64,000 nt of DNA from an uncultured Actinomycetota bacterium. GTDB lineage: Bacteria; Actinomycetota; Actinomycetes; Propionibacteriales; Nocardioidaceae. Location: contig CAWEBT010000009.1 of assembly GCA_963807335.1 (NCBI GenBank), positions 40,398 through 104,397 on the forward strand, written 5' to 3'. The stretch's first letter is position 1, and each line of letters begins with the position of its first letter. Under the pieces are notes generated by a model, which did not search any database, was not told where the DNA came from, and saw only the letters and a list, made by a program, of their open reading frames with translations. Of the stretch, positions 37,168 to 46,268 are shown piece by piece. The translations under genes and the position numbers were made by a program.

Positions 37168-37367
37168 CCCTAACCGTTCAACGCCCTGCGATGCCGCCCG
37201 GGTTCAGTCGGCCCGGCACTGCTCTCGTGCCTCTTCAGGATGCAACGTCGGCTCGGAGGCCGGAAGTGGGAACGACCCACGAGGCGCGCCGGACGGTCCT
37301 TCGTCGACCCGGGTAGCCTCTCGCCAGACCGCTCGCCCGGCTCGGGCACGACGAGAGGATCCAACCC

Positions 37368-38681
37368 ATGCACGTCCTGACCCGCCTGACGGCTCTCGCC
37401 GCGGCCTCGTGCCTGACCGTGGCTGGCCTCGCCGCGCCGTCGGTGGCGGAGCCCTCCGCCCCGCAGGCTGCCCGCGCGGCCACGTCGGTCGTCGCGCCCG
37501 GCCCGTTCACGGGATACGGCTTCGACGCCTGCACGGCTCCCGACCAGGCGACCATGGACGCGTGGCGGCTCTCCTCGCCGTTCGCCGCCGTCGGCATCTA
37601 CACCGGTGGCAGCAACCGGCTGTGCGCGCAGCCCGAGCTCACCGCCGACTGGGTCCGCACGCAGGCCGCCGCCGGCTGGCACCTGATGCCGATCCACGTG
37701 GGCCCCCAGGCCTCCTGCACGGCGTACGACAGCGTGATGTCCGCCGACCGGCCGACCGCGGAGGCCCAGGGCCGCGCCGAGGCGGCCGCCGCCGTCGCCT
37801 CTGTCCAGTCCCTCGCCATCGGGTCCGGCAGCACGCTGTACTACGACCTCGAGGACTACGACATCACCGACCAGACCTGTCGCCGGGCGGCGCTGTCGTT
37901 CCTGTCCGGGTGGACCCAGCAGCTGCATGCGCAGGGCTACCGCTCCGGCGTCTACTCGAACATCGCTGCGGCCATCACGTCGCTCGACCTCGCCAACAAC
38001 CTCTCGAAGGGCTCCTACGTGATGCCCGACGACATCTGGTTCGCGTGGGACAACGGCGCTGCCGACACCGACGCGGGCAGCTGGGTGACCACCTCCGAGT
38101 GGGACGACCACGAGCGCGCCCACCAGTACCTCCTCGACGCCTGGCAGACCCACGGTGGTGTGACCCGGAAGATCGACCTGAACTGGGTCGACGTGGACGG
38201 TGGCTCCACCGCCGCGAAGGACACCAAGAAGTGCCGGGGCGTCCAGGTCGACCAGCGGAAGTACCCGCGACTCCGTCCCGGCTCGCGCGGCAAGCACGTC
38301 AAGGCCCTGCAGTGCGTGCTGCGCAAGCAGCACCTCGGCAAGCCGGCCACCAGCGGCCGCTACGACAAGGCGACGGCCCGTGCGGTCAAGAAGGCCCAGC
38401 GCAGGCTCGGACAGAAGGTCACCGGCAAGGTCACCCGCAAGACCTGGACCGCCCTGCACGCCCGCGGCTCCCAGCCGCTGCTGAAGGTCGGCTCCACCGG
38501 CGAGCCCGTACGCCGCATCCAGCGTGCGCTGACCTCCGCCCTGGGCAAGAAGGTGCGCATCGACGGGGTGATGAGCGTACGGACCCGTGCGGCGGTGACC
38601 AGGCTCCAGCAGCGCAGGCAACTGGACCCCACCGGCAACGTCGACACCGCGACCTGGGAACGGCTCGCCGCCGGCGGCTGA
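37368..38681 (+). CDS. Secreted DUF1906 (Rv2525c-like glycoside-hydrolase-like) protein with two C-terminal peptidoglycan-binding (PG_binding_1) repeats
   Basis: Signal peptide MHVLTRLTALAAASCLTVAGLAAPSVAEP. GYGFDACTAP...AVGIYTGG...YYDLEDY. C-terminal LRPGSRGKHVKALQCVL and LKVGSTGEPVRRIQRAL. Confidence 0.8.
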   Translation: MHVLTRLTALAAASCLTVAGLAAPSVAEPSAPQAARAATSVVAPGPFTGYGFDACTAPDQATMDAWRLSSPFAAVGIYTGGSNRLCAQPELTADWVRTQAAAGWHLMPIHVGPQASCTAYDSVMSADRPTAEAQGRAEAAAAVASVQSLAIGSGSTLYYDLEDYDITDQTCRRAALSFLSGWTQQLHAQGYRSGVYSNIAAAITSLDLANNLSKGSYVMPDDIWFAWDNGAADTDAGSWVTTSEWDDHERAHQYLLDAWQTHGGVTRKIDLNWVDVDGGSTAAKDTKKCRGVQVDQRKYPRLRPGSRGKHVKALQCVLRKQHLGKPATSGRYDKATARAVKKAQRRLGQKVTGKVTRKTWTALHARGSQPLLKVGSTGEPVRRIQRALTSALGKKVRIDGVMSVRTRAAVTRLQQRRQLDPTGNVDTATWERLAAGG

Positions 38682-38830
38682 GGAGTCCAACCGGTCGACG
38701 CGCGCCTGGACCAGGACTGGCTCGCCGGCCTTCACCAGGCCAACCTGGAGCTGGCGCGACACACGACCGGACGAGTGCCGGCGCAGTGGGTGGCTGGACC
38801 GGCCGCACCGCCGGTGCCACCATCAGAGGC

Positions 38831-39958
38831 ATGGCGCGGGTGCTGTTCACCTCGTGCCCGGCTTACGGGCACTTCCTGCCGATGCTGCCGTTGGTGAGGG
38901 CGGCGGCGCGTGCGGGCCATGACGTGCGCGTCGCGACCGGCCCGGAGCTGATCGCCCCGCTGGCCGCACGAGGGCTCGACGTCCACCTCGTCGGACCGAC
39001 GTGGGCGGAGGCGTGGTCTGCGAACCAGGCGGTGTGGGCCGACCCGACCCTGTCCGATGAACGCAGGATGATGGGCGGGGTGGTGGCGCTGTTCGGCAAG
39101 CCGGCGCTCCCCAGGCTGGCCGATCTGGTCGAGATGGCGCGGGAGTGGCGTCCCGACCTCATCGTGCACGAGGTCCTGGAGATCGCCGGGCCCCTGCTGG
39201 CGCGATCGCTCGACGTGCCGGCAGCGGCTCACGGCCTCGGGCCGATGTTCTCGTTCTACGCCCACCTCATCGGCCACGTGGGCGAGGCCATGGATGAGCC
39301 CGGGCTGTGGGCGCAGGCGTCCTCGGAGCCTGCCCTCGACCTCTGCCCGCCCTCGTTGCACCCCGACGGCCCACCACCGTGGCTCGACACGACCCCGATC
39401 CGGCCCAGTGCCGGGGAGCCTGGCCAGGTTCCCGATGAGGTGGCCGCGGCGCTCGCGGCCGAGGGTCCGGTCGCCTACTTCACCCTGGGCACGGTCAAGA
39501 ACGCCGATGCCGCCGACTTCAAGGTCGGGCTCGCAGCCCTGGCCGGGTACGACGGCGTCGTGATCGCCACGACGGGGCGACGGCTCGATCCCGGAGAGCT
39601 CGGGGCGGTGCCCGCCAACGCCGTCGTCGAGGAGTTCGTCCCACAGGCCGCGATTCTCGCGCGCGCCGACCTGCTGGTCTCCCACAGCGGGTCCGGCACG
39701 ATGCTGGGCGCCCTGGCCCACGGCGTCCCGCAGGTCGCCCTGCCGCGGGGGACCGACCAGCCCCAGAACGCCGCCCTGCTGGCCCGCGCCGGCGCCGGGG
39801 TGGTCGTCGCTCCGGAGGACTATGCCCTCGACACCATCCGGACCGCGGTCGGGGAGGTGACCGGCGACCCGCGGTTCAGAGCGGCGGCCGAGCGCGTCCG
39901 CGACGAGATCGCCGCCATGCCCGATGCCGACGCCGTGTGGGCAGGCATCGCCCTCTGA
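38831..39958 (+). CDS. GT1-family (UDP-glycosyltransferase / MGT-like) glycosyltransferase
   Basis: MARVLFTSCPAYGHFLPMLPLVRAA...; C-terminal LLVSHSGSGTMLGALAHGVPQVALPRGTDQPQNA donor-binding motif. Confidence 0.85.
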   Translation: MARVLFTSCPAYGHFLPMLPLVRAAARAGHDVRVATGPELIAPLAARGLDVHLVGPTWAEAWSANQAVWADPTLSDERRMMGGVVALFGKPALPRLADLVEMAREWRPDLIVHEVLEIAGPLLARSLDVPAAAHGLGPMFSFYAHLIGHVGEAMDEPGLWAQASSEPALDLCPPSLHPDGPPPWLDTTPIRPSAGEPGQVPDEVAAALAAEGPVAYFTLGTVKNADAADFKVGLAALAGYDGVVIATTGRRLDPGELGAVPANAVVEEFVPQAAILARADLLVSHSGSGTMLGALAHGVPQVALPRGTDQPQNAALLARAGAGVVVAPEDYALDTIRTAVGEVTGDPRFRAAAERVRDEIAAMPDADAVWAGIAL

Positions 39959-39984
39959 CCTGGCCGGCGGTCCATCACCCGGAG

Positions 39985-41160
39985 CTAGTCCGTGGCCGGT
40001 GGGCCGCCGAGGGCGGTCAGGTCGACCGTGTTCTCCGGCAGCGCGGTCACCGGTTCGACGATGGCCTCGAACCCGTTGGTCTCGCCCGCGAGGGCGGTGA
40101 GGTTCGCCGGCTCGTACCCGCCGTCCTGGTAGTGGGTGACCGCACTGCTGGCCACCCGGACGGACAGCGCTCGCTCGTTGGTGAGGCGACGCAGCCCTCC
40201 ACTGAATGCGTCAGCATGCTGCCCGTTGCCGACCTTCTGCTTCGACCTGAGGTACAGGTTGTGGGCCTTGAACATGCGGTTCAGCGGACTGTGCCGGATG
40301 GCGTCGGAGCCGCTGTCTACGTAGTGGGTCAACAGCGGAACGTCGAAGACGAGGCCGGCATCGTGGGCCTCGCGTGCCATCCAGAGCAACGAGGTGTCCG
40401 ACAGGCCGGTCTCGCGGTAGCCGCCTCCGACGTCGGAGTGCGCCCCTTCGAACCACACCTGTTTGACCCGATCGTTCTCGGTCGATGTCCCCGCACCGTC
40501 GTCGGCGGCCTCCCAGAACGTGGGGGCGAACTTGAGACGGGTCTCGTCCACGGCCAGCGCATGCCGGGCGCGAAGCACTTGGCCGCTCAGCTGGATGTCG
40601 TGGAACCGAGGTGCGTGCCGCATGAAGCCGGGTACGCCGAGCGCGCCCACGGTGTCGAACACGCCGAGGAACGTCACCGCGGCCGGGTGGCAGTGGTCGT
40701 GCTTGAACTCGTCGACACTCGCGCCGAATGCCCCCGAGGGCATGTCCTTGCGCTGGTACAGGTTGACGGCCGCCGGAAGCTTCTCCTCCACGAGGGACAG
40801 CTTGGTGAGCAGCCCTACCCGCCCGACCATGCCCGCGACCGAACGGGCCGTGTAGGCGCCCCGGCTGAATCCGATGATGAAGACCTCGTCGCCCGGTTCG
40901 TAGTTCTGGGCGAGGAACCGGTAGCACGCGATCACGTTGTGGAACAGCCCGAAACCGAAGGCACCACCCAGGAGCCGGTCGGCCGCGTAGCTCCCGGCGC
41001 CCACGCCGCTGACGTAGTAGACGAGCTGGTAGGCCCCGCCGGCCGCGGCTGGGTCGCTCTGCACCGTGCGCGCCATCTTCTCGACGTTGGTGATGGTCTC
41101 GTTGTCCGGCTTGTTCCACGTCCCGTCGCAGCAGACCACCAGGCGCTTCATACCGTCCAT
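39985..41160 (-). CDS. DUF2235 alpha/beta-hydrolase (Tle1-like lipase fold) protein
   Basis: KRLVVCCDGTWN, VFIIGFSRGAYTARS (GxSxG), FLGVFDTVGALG, WFEGAHSDVGGGY. Start ATG 41160 or 41151. Confidence 0.8.
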   Translation of the reverse strand: MDGMKRLVVCCDGTWNKPDNETITNVEKMARTVQSDPAAAGGAYQLVYYVSGVGAGSYAADRLLGGAFGFGLFHNVIACYRFLAQNYEPGDEVFIIGFSRGAYTARSVAGMVGRVGLLTKLSLVEEKLPAAVNLYQRKDMPSGAFGASVDEFKHDHCHPAAVTFLGVFDTVGALGVPGFMRHAPRFHDIQLSGQVLRARHALAVDETRLKFAPTFWEAADDGAGTSTENDRVKQVWFEGAHSDVGGGYRETGLSDTSLLWMAREAHDAGLVFDVPLLTHYVDSGSDAIRHSPLNRMFKAHNLYLRSKQKVGNGQHADAFSGGLRRLTNERALSVRVASSAVTHYQDGGYEPANLTALAGETNGFEAIVEPVTALPENTVDLTALGGPPATD

Positions 41161-41221
41161 GGTCGCAAACCTCACGCCGTCAGTCACGACCCAACGGACA
41201 TCGGTGGGGGAGCGCTGCGAC

Positions 41222-41731
41222 CTACCGCCCCGACCGAGCGCTCTCGGTGACGTAGGTAGCCAGGTTGTCCAGGGTCTGCCGACCACCCTCGACCGCGTGG
41301 TACTTGTCGACCGCCTCGTCGCGCTGCTCCTTGGTGGGGAACACCGTGCGCATCTCGATCCGGGTCGCGCTGCCGTCGGAGCCGTCTGCCGCGAAGGTGA
41401 GGACCGATTCGAAGGTGTTCGGGTCGCCAGGGAACTCACCGTGGCGCAAGGCGATCCGGTCCGGCGAGACGATCTCGGTCCAGGAGATCCACTCCTGGTA
41501 GTCCGTCCCGTCCGGTCCGTGCATCACGAAGTCCCACTCCCCGCCGACGCGGAACTCGAACGACCGCGTGGTGGTCGTGAACCCCTCCGGCCCCCACCAG
41601 TGCGACAGGTGCCGCACCGCGGTGAACGCCTCGAACACCAGCGCCCGGGGCGCACTGATGACCCGCGAGATCACGGTCTCGCGGTCGGCCGTCGCTGACT
41701 GCGCCGGCAGGTCCCGTTCTGTCGATCCCAT
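41222..41731 (-). CDS. SRPBCC / AHSA1-like (START-fold) protein
   Basis: ISRVISAPRALVFEAFT...HLSHWWGPEGF...; paired with an upstream ArsR regulator as is common for this family. Confidence 0.85.
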   Translation of the reverse strand: MGSTERDLPAQSATADRETVISRVISAPRALVFEAFTAVRHLSHWWGPEGFTTTTRSFEFRVGGEWDFVMHGPDGTDYQEWISWTEIVSPDRIALRHGEFPGDPNTFESVLTFAADGSDGSATRIEMRTVFPTKEQRDEAVDKYHAVEGGRQTLDNLATYVTESARSGR

Positions 41732-41734
41732 CGC

Positions 41735-42076
41735 TCACTCCTCCTGTTGTCCCTGCTCGAGTTCCTGGACGTAGGCGTCCAGCCGGTCGAAGCTCTCGTT
41801 CCAGAACCGCTCGAAACCGCCGGTCCACTCGTGGACCGGTCTCAACCCGCGAGCGTCGAGGCCGTACAGGCGCTGCCTGCCCGCCTTGCGGTCCCGCACC
41901 AGCCCGACCTCCCGGAGCACCCGCAGGTGCTTGGACGCTCCCGGCTGGGTCAGTCCGAGCTCCTGGGCCAGTTCTGTCACCGGCCGTTCGCCCGCCCGCA
42001 GCAGCACCAAGATCTGCCGGCGCTGCGGTTCGGCGATCGCGTTGAAGACGTCCGACGTCGTCGCTGCTCGTGCCAT
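41735..42076 (-). CDS. ArsR-family transcriptional regulator
   Basis: Start ATG 42076. VFNAIAEPQRRQILVLLRAGERPVTELAQELGLTQPGASKHLRVLREVGLV. Confidence 0.85.
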   Translation of the reverse strand: MARAATTSDVFNAIAEPQRRQILVLLRAGERPVTELAQELGLTQPGASKHLRVLREVGLVRDRKAGRQRLYGLDARGLRPVHEWTGGFERFWNESFDRLDAYVQELEQGQQEE

Positions 42077-42134
42077 GCCCCAAGCATATGCCCATATCGG
42101 CATGCGTCAAGGTCTGTCCTCCCGCGCGCCGAGC

Positions 42135-43058
42135 TCAGGTCAGGGCTGGATCGCTGGCGTCCTGGTCCCGCAGCCAGCGCGAGAAGGCGACCGCCTGGCC
42201 GCTGAGCGGCTCGGCGTTGTCGGGACGCAGCAGGTAGTGGGCCTGGCGCATCCGGATGGGTTCGCCCGGGGCCTGGAAGATCCGTCCGTCTCGCACACTT
42301 TGCCGGGCGAAGCGCTCGGGCAGGATCGACCACATGCTGCTCGTTGCGACGATCTCGATGGCGGCGATCGAGGTGTCGACGGTGATGGCTGCCCGCGAGG
42401 TGTTGCCGTCGGCGCCGTCGTGGTCGAAGAAGCGACGCCACAAGTCGTCGAAGCCCAGCACCTGTACGCGTGGCTTGTCGATGAACGAGGTTCGCTCGAT
42501 GGTCGGGCCGTGGTTGTCGAGGTAGCCGGGTCCGTAGACGCCGATGGCGTAGTCGTCGTGCAGCTTCTCGGCCAGGTGACCCGGCCAGTGCCCGTTGCCC
42601 TGCCGGATCTCGAGGTCGACCTCGTTCGGCAGCAGGGTGTCGGCCCAGATGGAGGTGACCACCTGGAGCTCGATGTGCGGGAAGGCCGCCGTGAACCCGG
42701 CCAGTCGGCGGGCCAGCCAGGTCGTGGCGTACGACGCCTGGACCCGGACGGTCAGGCTGGAGTGGGTCGCGGTGCCGAACAGACCGTTGGTGGCGGCGGC
42801 GAGGTCCTCGAAGATGTCGCGGACCGCGGGCAGGTAGGCCTGGCCGGCCTCGGTGAGCCGTAGGCTGCGCGGTCGCCGCTCGAAGAGGTCGATGCCGAGG
42901 TGCGCCTCGAGGTTGCGTACCCGCTGGCTGATCGCCGAGGGCGACAGGTGCAGCTCGGTGGCCGCGGCGACGAAGCTCAGGTGGCGGGCGCTGGCTTCGT
43001 AGGCGTGCAGACCCAGGAGAGGTGGGATGCCGCCGGCGGGCGGGTGCGCGAGTTTCAT
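42135..43058 (-). CDS. LysR-family (GcvA-like) transcriptional regulator
   Basis: Start ATG 43058. IPPLLGLHAYEASARHLSFVAAATELHLSPSAISQRVRNLEAHLGIDLFER. Divergent from the dioxygenase/HD operon. Confidence 0.85.
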   Translation of the reverse strand: MKLAHPPAGGIPPLLGLHAYEASARHLSFVAAATELHLSPSAISQRVRNLEAHLGIDLFERRPRSLRLTEAGQAYLPAVRDIFEDLAAATNGLFGTATHSSLTVRVQASYATTWLARRLAGFTAAFPHIELQVVTSIWADTLLPNEVDLEIRQGNGHWPGHLAEKLHDDYAIGVYGPGYLDNHGPTIERTSFIDKPRVQVLGFDDLWRRFFDHDGADGNTSRAAITVDTSIAAIEIVATSSMWSILPERFARQSVRDGRIFQAPGEPIRMRQAHYLLRPDNAEPLSGQAVAFSRWLRDQDASDPALT

Positions 43059-43162
43059 GCCACACATTCTGCACCCCATTTCCCGTCGAAACCTGCTTTG
43101 ACTCGGGCAATGCGGCGGGTGACACTGATGTGACTCAGTCATCGCCGGCCCGGAGGAGCCCC

Positions 43163-44347
43163 ATGTCCGACACCATCAGCGCCCCGATGACCGATCCGGC
43201 CGGGACCTCAGGGTCTGCCCGGGTGGTGCTTGCCGACCGTCACCTGACGTTGTCCCTGCCCTCCGGGCCGGCGGCCTTCCACTACGTGTGGCTCCGCGAC
43301 AACTGCTGGTGCCCGGCCTGTCGCGTGGTCCAGTCGGGGGAGCGTCGGCTGTTCACCGCCGACATCGGTGACGACATCGCTCCCACTGCGGCCGAGCTCG
43401 TGGCGGACGACCTGCGGGTGACCTGGAACGACGGTCACCGCTCGACGTACGCCGCCGACTGGCTGGCCGCCCATGACTACTCCGGGCCTGGGCAGGTGGG
43501 ACCGGTGCACGAACCGACGTTGTGGGACGCGACCTGGGGCAAGGTGCCGGCGTTCGATCACGCCGACGTGGTGGGCACCACAGCGGGACAGCTGGCCTAC
43601 CTCGCCGCGGTTCGAGACTTCGGCGTGGCGCTGGTGCGAGGCACCCCGTCCCGCGACGGCGAGGTCGCGCGGTTCGCCGAGACCATCGGCCACGTCCGCG
43701 AGACGGCCTTCGAGCGGATCCACAACGTCCGTCACGACCCGACCGGCTACAACGTGGCGCACACCTCGATCGAGCTCAAGCCGCACACCGACATGCCCTC
43801 CTACCACTGGCCACCGAGCGTGCAGCTCCTGCACTTCCTGCGCAACGACGCCACCGGCGGGGAGAGCACCGTCACCGACGGGTGGGCCGCCCTGGCGGAC
43901 CTGCGCGCCGCCGACCCGGCCGCCTTCGAGACTCTCTGCCGGGTGCCGGTCGCCTACCAGCTGTTCAGCGACACCGAGGACACCTACGCCCAGGCGCCGA
44001 TGATCCAGCTGGACTCGCAAGGACGGGTCGCGACGTTCCGGTTCTCCAACCAGCTCGCCCAGCCCCTGGACACGACCTTCGACGAGATGGAGGAGTTCTA
44101 CCGCGCCTACCGCAAGCTGGGGCGGATGATCGACAGCGGCCGCTACACGGTGGCGTTCAAGACCTCGAGCGGCGACCTGATCACCGTGCACGGCCACCGG
44201 GTCCTGCACGGACGGCTGCCCTTCGACGCGGAGAGCGGCGAGCGACACCTGCAGGACGTCTACATGGAGTACGACGACCTGATGGCGCGTCGACGCGTCC
44301 TGCTCGGTGAGCACAAGCCCGTCTCGGCCCAGGGAGCTGCGTGGTGA
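43163..44347 (+). CDS. Fe(II)/2-oxoglutarate dioxygenase of the gamma-butyrobetaine-hydroxylase (BBOX/TauD) type with N-terminal DUF971-like Zn-ribbon domain
   Basis: ATG 43163 after ggaggag. FHYVWLRDNCWCPACR (DUF971-like); HTDMPSY (HxD facial-triad start); VHGHRVLHGR. Confidence 0.8.
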   Translation: MSDTISAPMTDPAGTSGSARVVLADRHLTLSLPSGPAAFHYVWLRDNCWCPACRVVQSGERRLFTADIGDDIAPTAAELVADDLRVTWNDGHRSTYAADWLAAHDYSGPGQVGPVHEPTLWDATWGKVPAFDHADVVGTTAGQLAYLAAVRDFGVALVRGTPSRDGEVARFAETIGHVRETAFERIHNVRHDPTGYNVAHTSIELKPHTDMPSYHWPPSVQLLHFLRNDATGGESTVTDGWAALADLRAADPAAFETLCRVPVAYQLFSDTEDTYAQAPMIQLDSQGRVATFRFSNQLAQPLDTTFDEMEEFYRAYRKLGRMIDSGRYTVAFKTSSGDLITVHGHRVLHGRLPFDAESGERHLQDVYMEYDDLMARRRVLLGEHKPVSAQGAAW

Positions 44348-44904
44348 GCGACATCGTCAGCTTCACCCGGATGGAGGACGGCACGGCCGAGGACTACGCG
44401 CTGCTCGGCCGGATCGAGGCCGAGGAGATGCAGGGCTTCGCCGATCGGGTCCTGGGCTGGCTGGACACCATGAAGGACTCCGCGGGCTACCGGATCAGCC
44501 GCCTCGACCACTGCCTCCAGGCCGCGACGAGGGCTGAGCGAGCCGGCGAGGACGAGGAGACCGTGGTGGTCGCTCTCCTGCACGACATCGGCGACCACCT
44601 CGCGCCGGCGAACCACTCTGAGGTGGCCGCAGCCGTCCTGCGCCCCTACGTCAGCGACAAGAACTACTGGATCGTCAAGCACCACGGCGTCTTCCAGGGC
44701 TTCTACTACTACCACCACCTCGGAGCGGACCCGAACGCTCGCGACCGTTGGCGCGACCACCCCCACTACCAGGCCACCGTCGACTTCTGCGCGAACTACG
44801 ACCAGAACTCCTTCGACCCCGACTACGACTCCGAACCGCTGAGCCACTTCGCGCCCATGGTCCGGCGCATCCTCAGCGAGGAGCACCGCACGACGTTCAG
44901 CTAG
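44341..44904 (+). CDS. HD-domain protein (PhnZ/TmpB-like candidate oxygenase)
   Basis: Overlaps the upstream stop (GTGGTGA). RLDHCLQ...VALLHDIGDH...NHSE...VKHHG...ANYDQNSFD gives an H / HD / H / H / D ligand-like series. Confidence 0.75.
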   Translation: MVSDIVSFTRMEDGTAEDYALLGRIEAEEMQGFADRVLGWLDTMKDSAGYRISRLDHCLQAATRAERAGEDEETVVVALLHDIGDHLAPANHSEVAAAVLRPYVSDKNYWIVKHHGVFQGFYYYHHLGADPNARDRWRDHPHYQATVDFCANYDQNSFDPDYDSEPLSHFAPMVRRILSEEHRTTFS

Positions 44905-44921
44905 GCCGTCATGATGGCTCC

Positions 44922-45707
44922 ATGACCACACGCCGCGGACTCTTCGTCGCCCCGTTCGATGCCCTCTCCGACCCGCGGGTGATCGGCGACCTGGCTGCCA
45001 CGGCAGAGGCGTCCGGCTGGGACGGGTTCTTCCTCTGGGACCACCTGCAGTACGGCGAGCGGGTCGGTGCGATCGCTGACGTGTGGACCTGCTGCGCGGC
45101 CGTCGCGATGCGGACCGAGCGGTTGCTGTTCGGTCCGATGGTGACCCCGCTGGCGCGGCGCCGACCGCAGGTCCTGGCCCGGCAGGCCGCCAGCCTGGCG
45201 GTGCTCTCGGGTGGCCGGTTCGTGCTCGGCCTGGGGCTGGGTGACGACTGGGTGGGGGAGTTCAGTGCGTTCGGCGACGAGCCGGACCAGAAGGTGCGCG
45301 GCCGGATGCTGGACGAAGGACTCGAGGTCCTGACCGCGCTGCTGGCCGGGGGTCCGGTCGACCACGAGGGGGCTCACTACGCCGCCCGCGGCGTCCGCTT
45401 CCGCCCAGCGCCTGCCGTGCCGGTCTGGCTGGCCGGCCGGTTCGGCAACCGGGCACCGGTGCGCCGGGCCGCACGACACGACGGCTTCTTCGTCATCGGC
45501 CTGGAAGGTCCCGAGGACCTCGACGCGGTGACCGCCGGTCTTGCCGAGCACGATCCGGCGCCGGGCTTCGAGGTGGTGGTCGACCTGCGACCTGAGCAGG
45601 ACCCAGGCTTGTGGCTGGATCGCGGCGCCTCGTGGGTGCTGACCCGCATCGGGCCGTTCGACCTCGACCTCGACGAGGTCCGACGGATCGTCGAGGCCGG
45701 GCCCTGA
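44922..45707 (+). CDS. Luciferase-like monooxygenase (LLM) class oxidoreductase, probably F420-dependent
   Basis: ASGWDGFFLWDHL, LARQAASLAVLSGGRFVLGLGLG. Start ATG 44922. Confidence 0.8.
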   Translation: MTTRRGLFVAPFDALSDPRVIGDLAATAEASGWDGFFLWDHLQYGERVGAIADVWTCCAAVAMRTERLLFGPMVTPLARRRPQVLARQAASLAVLSGGRFVLGLGLGDDWVGEFSAFGDEPDQKVRGRMLDEGLEVLTALLAGGPVDHEGAHYAARGVRFRPAPAVPVWLAGRFGNRAPVRRAARHDGFFVIGLEGPEDLDAVTAGLAEHDPAPGFEVVVDLRPEQDPGLWLDRGASWVLTRIGPFDLDLDEVRRIVEAGP

Positions 45708-45771
45708 GCTGATCGGGGCTGACGCTTGCCCGCAGTTCGAGCTCGGCGTTGCCGATCGCTAGCCTGTCTCG

Positions 45772-46224
45772 ATGACGAACGAGGACCGGACCACCGAGCT
45801 GTTGGCCGACTTCCCGGTGACGGTGGAGATCCCCGTTGCCTGGGGCGACATGGATGCCATGGGCCACGTGAACAACGCGGTCTACTTCCGCTACTTCGAG
45901 ACCGCGCGGATCGCGTGCTTCGCGGAGGTCGGACTCGGATCGATCGAGCAGTCCGACGACATCGGTCCGATCCTGCACTCGGCCAGCTGCCGGTACCGGA
46001 TCCCGCTGACCTACCCCGACACCCTCGTTGTCGGCGCGCGGGTCGGCGAGGTCGGCGATGACCGGTTCGTCATGGCTTACCGGGGGGTGAGCCGGCGCCA
46101 CGGCGAGGTGGCCGCGGACGGCGAGTCGCTCATCGTCACCTTCTCCTACGCCACCGGCACCAAGGCCCGGGTGTCGGATGTGCTGCGCGCGCGACTCCTG
46201 GAGCTGGGTGGAGCTGCTGAGTAG
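45772..46224 (+). CDS. Hotdog-fold acyl-CoA thioesterase (4HBT/YbgC-like)
   Basis: IPVAWGDMDAMGHVNNAVYFRYFETARI. Confidence 0.85.
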   Translation: MTNEDRTTELLADFPVTVEIPVAWGDMDAMGHVNNAVYFRYFETARIACFAEVGLGSIEQSDDIGPILHSASCRYRIPLTYPDTLVVGARVGEVGDDRFVMAYRGVSRRHGEVAADGESLIVTFSYATGTKARVSDVLRARLLELGGAAE

Positions 46225-46268
46225 CGGTGTGGCCAGGCCCGCCGGCGGTCACGAACCTGCCGCGAGGC

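Noticed and set aside
37168-37367. 200-nt leader upstream of the secreted DUF1906/PG-binding gene, considered as a c-di-AMP (ydaO-type) riboswitch because such elements precede actinobacterial cell-wall hydrolases
   Set aside because: I could find only a short local hairpin (GTGGGAACGACCCAC) and a vague resemblance (cccgggtagcctc). The conserved pseudo-symmetric ydaO core I remember is not evident. An Rfam/Infernal scan would be decisive.
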